64,000 nt of DNA from Scyliorhinus canicula (taxonomy: Eukaryota). Both the position numbers and the translations under genes were made by a program. Location: contig NW_024055843.1 of the NCBI RefSeq assembly GCF_902713615.1, positions 597,065 to 661,064 of the forward strand. Direction: 5' to 3'. Shown one piece after another: positions 58,520 through 64,000 of this stretch (positions are counted from its first letter, which is position 1; each line of letters starts with the position of its first letter). The notes under the pieces were generated by a model, which saw nothing but the letters and a program-made list of their open reading frames with translations, did not search any database and was not told the DNA's origin.

Positions 58520-59408
58520 TTTTTTAATAAATGTTTTTTATTGAGTTTTCATGTTTTATATATGACAAGTTACAAATTATTAGAGAGATAAAAAGAAAAC
58601 ACAAAAATTTAACATGTATATTTACAGGTAAGCATCTTTATAACAACAATTGTGGCCGCCCCCTTTAGCCAGCACACATATTTTACATTCCCCAATATGG
58701 CCGAGGCACATGTTTATAGGCATTTATTTATAGTTTGGTTTTGGGCCTTAGCTTGCCATCAAACCCCCATAATGAACCCGTAGCCCCCCCCCCCCCCCCC
58801 CCCCCCCCGGCTACCTTCCCCTGATTCCCGTCCATTTTCCCCTGGTTCTTGGTCACCCGGCTATTCTTCCTTTTGTACGTTGGCCACAAACAGGTCCCGG
58901 AACAGTTGTATGAATGGCTCCCACGTTCTATGGAAGCCGCCGTCTGACCCTCGGATGGCGAATTTGATTTTCTCCATTTGGAGAGATTCCGAGAGGTCGG
59001 ACAGCCAGTCTGCAGCTCTGGGCGGTGCTGCTGACCACCAGCCAAACAGGATTCTACGGCGAGCGATCAGGGAGGCAAAGGCAAGGGCGTCCGCCCTCCT
59101 CCCCAGGAATAGATCTGGCTTGTCTGAAACCCCGAAGACCACCACTATCGGGCACGGCTCCATCCTCACCCCCACCACTTTGGACATAACCTCGAAGAAG
59201 GCTGTCCAGTAATCCACAAGTCTGGGGCAAGACCAGAACATGTGGGCGTGGTTGGCCGGGCCTCTTTGGCACCGTTCACATCTGTCCTCCACCTCCGGGA
59301 AGAACCTGCTCATACGGTTTCTCGTTAAGTGGGCTCTATGTACCACTTTTAGTTGCGTCAGGCTGAGCCTTGCGCATGTGGAGGTGGAGTTGACCCTATG
59401 CAGTGCTT
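58520..59408 (-). mobile_element. 5'-truncated young L1 with poly-A and 15-bp TSD
   Basis: Open C-terminal ORF2 (RCERCQRGPANHAHMFWSCP); TSD AACATGCGCAAACAT at 58505-58519 and 59409-59423. Confidence 0.93.
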
Positions 59409-59423
59409 AACATGCGCAAACAT

Positions 59424-60040
59424 AAGATTAGGGAGGTTATGCTGCAATTGTATAAGGTGTTAGTGAGGTCACACCTGGAGTATTGTGTTCAGTTTTTGTC
59501 TCCTTACTTGAGAAAGGACATACTGGCACTGGAGGGTGTGCCGAGGAGATTCACTAGGTTAATCCCAGATCTGAACGGGTTGGATTACGAGGAGAGGTTG
59601 AGTAGACTGGGACTGTACTCGTTGGAATTTAGAAGGATGAGGGGGCATTTTATAGAAACATATAAAATTATGAAGGGAATAGATAGGATAGATGTGGGCA
59701 GGTTGTTTCCACTGGCGGGTGAAAGCAGAACTAAGGGGCATAGCCTCAAAATAAGGGGACGTAGATTTAAAACTGGGTTTAGGAGGAACTTCTTCACCCA
59801 AAGGGTTGTGAATCTATGGAATTCCTTATCCAGTGAAGCAGTAGAGGCTCCTTCATTAAATGTTTTTAAGATAAAGATAGATAGTTTTTGAAGAATAAAG
59901 GAATTAAGGGTTCTGGTGTTCGGGCAGGAAAGTGGAGCTGAGTCCACAAAAGATCAGCCATGATCTCATTGAATGGTGGAGCAGGCCCGAGGGGCCAGAT
60001 GGCCTACTCCTGCTCCTAGTTCTTATGTTCTTATGTAACA
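59424..60040 (+). mobile_element. CR1 LINE 3' end
   Basis: LVRSHLEYCVQF...RRFTRLIP ORF (59403..59891) and (TTCTTATG)n tail. Confidence 0.92.
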
Positions 60041-60199
60041 TACACACAAACACAAAAAGCACAAGTATAAACACACACACGTGCGCGCACACACACATAC
60101 ACAAATACACACACAAGCAAGCACACGAATATGCACGTACACCCTCATGAATACACAGATATACAAAGGTGAAAACATAAACATATAAAGCCAGACAAG

Positions 60200-61975
60200 C
60201 AGGATGTGCTGGAAATTTTGAAAAGCATAGATAACTCCCCTGGGCCAGACGGAACATATCCAAAGTTACTACGGGAAGCGAGGGAGAGATTGATGCGCCG
60301 TTGGCGATGATCTTTGCGTCCTCACTCTGCACTGGAGTAATACAGGATGATTGGACTGAGGCGAATGTTGTTCCCCTGTTCAAGAAAGGGAATAGGAAAA
60401 TCCCTGGGAATTACACACAAGTCCCTCTTACATCTGTGGTGAGCAAAGAACTGGAATGGATTCTGAGAGATGGGATTTATGATTATTTAGAACATCATAG
60501 TTTGATTAAAGATCATCAAGATGGCATTGTGAGGGCAGGTCATGAAAATGAAAATCGCTTATTGTCACAAGTAGGCTTCAATGAAGTTACTGTGAAAAGC
60601 CCCTAGTCGCCACATTCCGGCGCCTGTCCGGGGAGGCTGGTACGGGAATCGAACCATGCTGCTGGCCTGCTTGGTCTGCTTTAAAAGCCAGCGATTTAGC
60701 CCAGTGAGCTAAACCCGCCCCTATTCACCCCATTGAGGTCATGCCTCACAAGCCTCATTCAATTCTTTGAGGTTGTGACGAGACACATTGATGAAGGTCG
60801 AGCAGTGGATGTGGTGTATATGGATTTCATTAAGGCATTTGATAAGGTTCCACATGATAGGCTCATTCAGAATGTCAGGAGGCATGGGATACAGGGAAAT
60901 TTGGCTGTCTGGATACAGAATTGGCTGGCCAATAGAATACAGCGGGTGGTAGTGGATGGAAGGTATTCCACCTGGATGTCGGTGACCAGTCGTGTCCCGC
61001 ACGGATCTGTTCTGGGACCTCTGCACATTGTGGTTCTTGTAAATGACTTGGATGAGGAAGTGGAAGGGTCAGTTAGTAAGTCTGCCGATGACCTGAAGGT
61101 TGATGGAGTTGTTGATAGTGTTGAGGGCTGTTGCAGATTACAACAGGACATTGACAGGATGCAGAGCTGGGCTGAGAAGTGGCAGATGGAGTTCAACCTG
61201 GATAAATGTGAAGAGATTCATTTTGGAAGGTCGAATTTTAATGCTGAATACAGGGTTAAAGGCAGAATTTTTGGAAGTGTGGAGGAACTTCCAAGTTGGG
61301 GTCCAAGTACATAGATCCCTCAAAGTTGCCACCCAGGTTAACAGAGTTGTTAAGAAGGCGTATGTTGTGTTGGCTTTAATTAACAGGGGGATTGAGTTTA
61401 AGATCCGCAAGGTTTTTCTGCAGCTTTATAAAACCACACTTGAAATATTGTGTCCAGTTTTGATCGCCACATTATAGGAAGAATGTGGATGCTTTGGAGA
61501 GAGTGCAGAGGAGATTTACTGGAATGCAGCCTGGACTGGAGGGCATGTCTGATGAAGAAAGGTTGAGGGAGCTAAGGCTTTTTTCACTGGAACAAAGAAG
61601 GAAGAGAGGTGACTTGATAGAGGTGTACAAGGTGATGACATGCATGGATAGAATGGATCGCCAGAGACTTTTCCCGAAGGCGGAAATGGCTGTTGTGAGG
61701 GACATAATTTTAAGGAGATTAGAGGGAGGTGGAGGGGAGATGCCACAGGTAGGTTATTTACGCAGAGAGTGGTGGGTGCGTGGAATGCACTGCCAGCGGA
61801 GGTGGTGGACTCAGAGTCATTTTGGAGATTTAAGCGACTCTTGGACAGGCACTTGGACAGCAGTAAATTGAAGGGGTGTAGGTTCGGTTGATCTTAGGTT
61901 ACGATAAATGGTCGGCACAACATTGTGGGCCAAAGGGCCTGTACGCTGCTGCACTGTTCACTGTTCTATGTTCTA
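60200..61975 (+). mobile_element. CR1 LINE RT region and 3' end, with a short SINE inserted at 60545-60735
   Basis: VYMDFIKAFDKVPH and ADDLK motifs; SINE TSD AGGTCATG at 60537-60544 and 60736-60743. Confidence 0.9.
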
Positions 61976-62007
61976 AGCAGACTGAGAAGGACATGAAAGT
62001 CAAAGGT

Positions 62008-62200
62008 AGGGGTGCTCTGGCGCAGTGGTTAGCACTGTTGCCTTACGGGGTCAAGGATCCGTGTTCGATCCCAGCCCCGGGTCACTGTCCGTGTGGAGTT
62101 TACACATTCTCCCCGCGTCTGTGTGGCACAGCCCAAATATGTGCAGGGCAGGTGGATTGGCCAGGCTAAATTGCCCGTTAATTGGAAAAAAATTAATGAG
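62008..62200 (+). mobile_element. V-SINE, A-tailed subfamily
   Basis: tRNA head and V core. Confidence 0.85.
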
Positions 62201-62424
62201 GTACTTTTGTATTAAAGTAAAAGAAACACAAATGTAACCAATAACATGCACTTTCGCACAAATTCACGATGACAGAAATGTAGCAATTAAGACAAACACA
62301 ATCATCCCCATTAATACACTTATCGGCACACACAGACACATATTAGCAGACTCGTATACATGCTACCACAAATACACAGGGCCACGCCAATCGTTATAAA
62401 CAACCATCAACGCATAAAGAGCAA

Positions 62425-62735
62425 TGTTGCCACATAGCACCAGGGACCCGGGTCGAATTCCGTCCTTGGGTGATTGTCTGTGCGGAGTTTACACATTCTT
62501 CCCGTGTCAGCGTTGGTTTCCTCCGTGTTCTCCCGTTTCCCCCACAGTCCAAAGATGTGAGGTTAGATGAATTGTACATGGTAAATTTCCCCTTAATGTT
62601 CAAAAGGTAAGGTTGGGTTCTGAGGTTATGTGTATAGGGCGGGGGTATACGCCAATGTATGGTGCTCTTTCGGAGGGTCGGTGCAGACACGATGGGCCGA
62701 ATGGCCTCCTTCTGCAGTGCAGGGATTCCATGATG
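62425..62735 (+). mobile_element. Degenerate V-SINE with CR1-like tail
   Basis: V core and tail GGCCGAATGGCCTCCTTCTGCA. Confidence 0.8.
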
Positions 62736-63689
62736 ATGATTGCATGATGAGATATACGGTTAACAAACACACACGCACAGCCGCACACACACACATGCAG
62801 ACACATTTATGCAGATACAAACATGAAGAAACTGACATGCATGTGGAACACAAAAAGACACATTAACACACATATTAGTAGGCAGGGAAGCATGGACATG
62901 TTAACACAGATATTAGAATATAAACATAAACTTCAACACATAAACACACAATAACAATACACTCATATGTACGCATTGACAGAAGATGAACAAAATGTAC
63001 ACACAGATGCTGGCACACAAATACACAGATCAATACGCATTGACACATGAACACACAGTGAACTAACACAGTTGTCTAGACACACAACAGAAGATTAAAG
63101 CAGTACAGAAGATCCGCATCCACACAGACACAAATACTAAAGAAAGAACACAAGCGTGAGGCAAAGTAAAATTCAAGCCTACGATTAACTGGACATTCCC
63201 TACAAGTGTCCCTATTACATAAAGATCCGTCAAAAACAATGTAACAATGTTCTTACTGAGGAACGGTTGAAGTCAATGGCGTGCCAAGTGTTTCCTTCAG
63301 AAGTAAACAAACAAGATGGGAACTCACATCCGAGATCTTAAAAAGCAACATTCACAGTTTACAAATAAGGGTCTCAGTGAACCTCCCTCAATATCCATCA
63401 TAATATTCTCCAATCACAGATCATGTGAAATTATTCAGCTGATCAGCTGATTCTGAAGAAAAGTTGTCATCCTTTCGGATGGGGATTGTATGAGGAATGT
63501 AAAGGAAGAACAGCTGTTGGTATAGGTACAGAGATCGGTTGCTGATAGTCAGGAACTCAATGGTCGCGATGCAATGACAAACATATCAGAGAATGAATTA
63601 TCAACTCAAGGAATTGAAATGAGAATATTAACAATATATCCTGGATTAATAAGCAATCTGATTATATTTATTCGGCTCTATCCCCATAG

Positions 63690-63817
63690 ATACCACAGAC
63701 CACACCTGAACTGAAGACGATCAGGATGATAACGGGAACATCTGGACAACCGCTTCCACATTCATCACCCTGTTCTTCCTGAGCATTTCCTACAGCGCTG
63801 CAGTCACTCTGGTGAAG
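63690..63817 (+). CDS. IGHM: IgM membrane exon TM1 with in-frame premature stop (DTTDHT*TEDDQDDNGNIWTTASTFITLFFLSISYSAAVTLVK)
   Basis: Acceptor CCCCATAG|; CART-type TM motif WTTASTFI.LF.LS..YS..VT; TGA at 63707-63709; donor AAG|GTGAGA. Confidence 0.9.
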
Positions 63818-63957
63818 GTGAGAAGATTCAATCCACTCACACTTCAAACTGACAGAAGCCGTTTAAAACATCTCTAAATGTTTTATTGATTAAAACCGCC
63901 AACATTAATGTCCCAAATCATAAACATCTGCTTCATTATTTTCTCTCTCTTTTACAG

Positions 63958-63966
63958 ATCGAGTGA
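63958..63966 (+). CDS. IGHM: IgM membrane exon TM2 (IE*)
   Basis: Strong acceptor TTTCTCTCTCTTTTACAG| then ATC GAG TGA, at the expected TM2 position. Confidence 0.8.
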   Translation: ME

Positions 63967-64000
63967 TCGGTTGACTTTCGGATGCTGTAGATTTTCCTCA

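Overview
This is eukaryotic genomic DNA from a cartilaginous fish. The shark-type V-SINEs, CR1, L1 and Penelope repeats and the cluster-type IgH organisation support this; a catshark-like species is my guess. The left ~24 kb holds three C2H2 zinc-finger genes with no KRAB domain seen: ZNF-A (minus, 9 fingers), ZNF-B (minus, 11 intact fingers) and ZNF-C (plus, frameshift plus nonsense codon). ZNF-B and ZNF-C share a head-to-head CpG promoter. They lie among nested L1, CR1, SINE and solo-LTR insertions. A decayed LTR-bounded endogenous retrovirus fills 26.1-34.5 kb; it has a tRNA-Phe-like PBS, a foamy/spuma-like RT and an apparently class I-like integrase. The right ~25 kb is one complete shark IgM heavy-chain cluster: leader, VH, JH, CH1-CH4 with secretory tailpiece, TM1 and TM2. 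Three observations stand out. (1) The VH has no 23-RSS; it is fused to D-like sequence followed by a 12-RSS that faces the JH 23-RSS, i.e. a germline pre-joined VD(D)-J cluster. (2) TM1 carries an in-frame TGA and TM2 encodes IE instead of VK, while every secretory-form exon is open, so the locus is either secretion-only or decaying. (3) Penelope-derived minimal hammerhead ribozymes occur as head-to-head inverted dimers with target-site duplications. All of this was read by eye with no database search. Boundaries marked approximate may be off by tens of bases.
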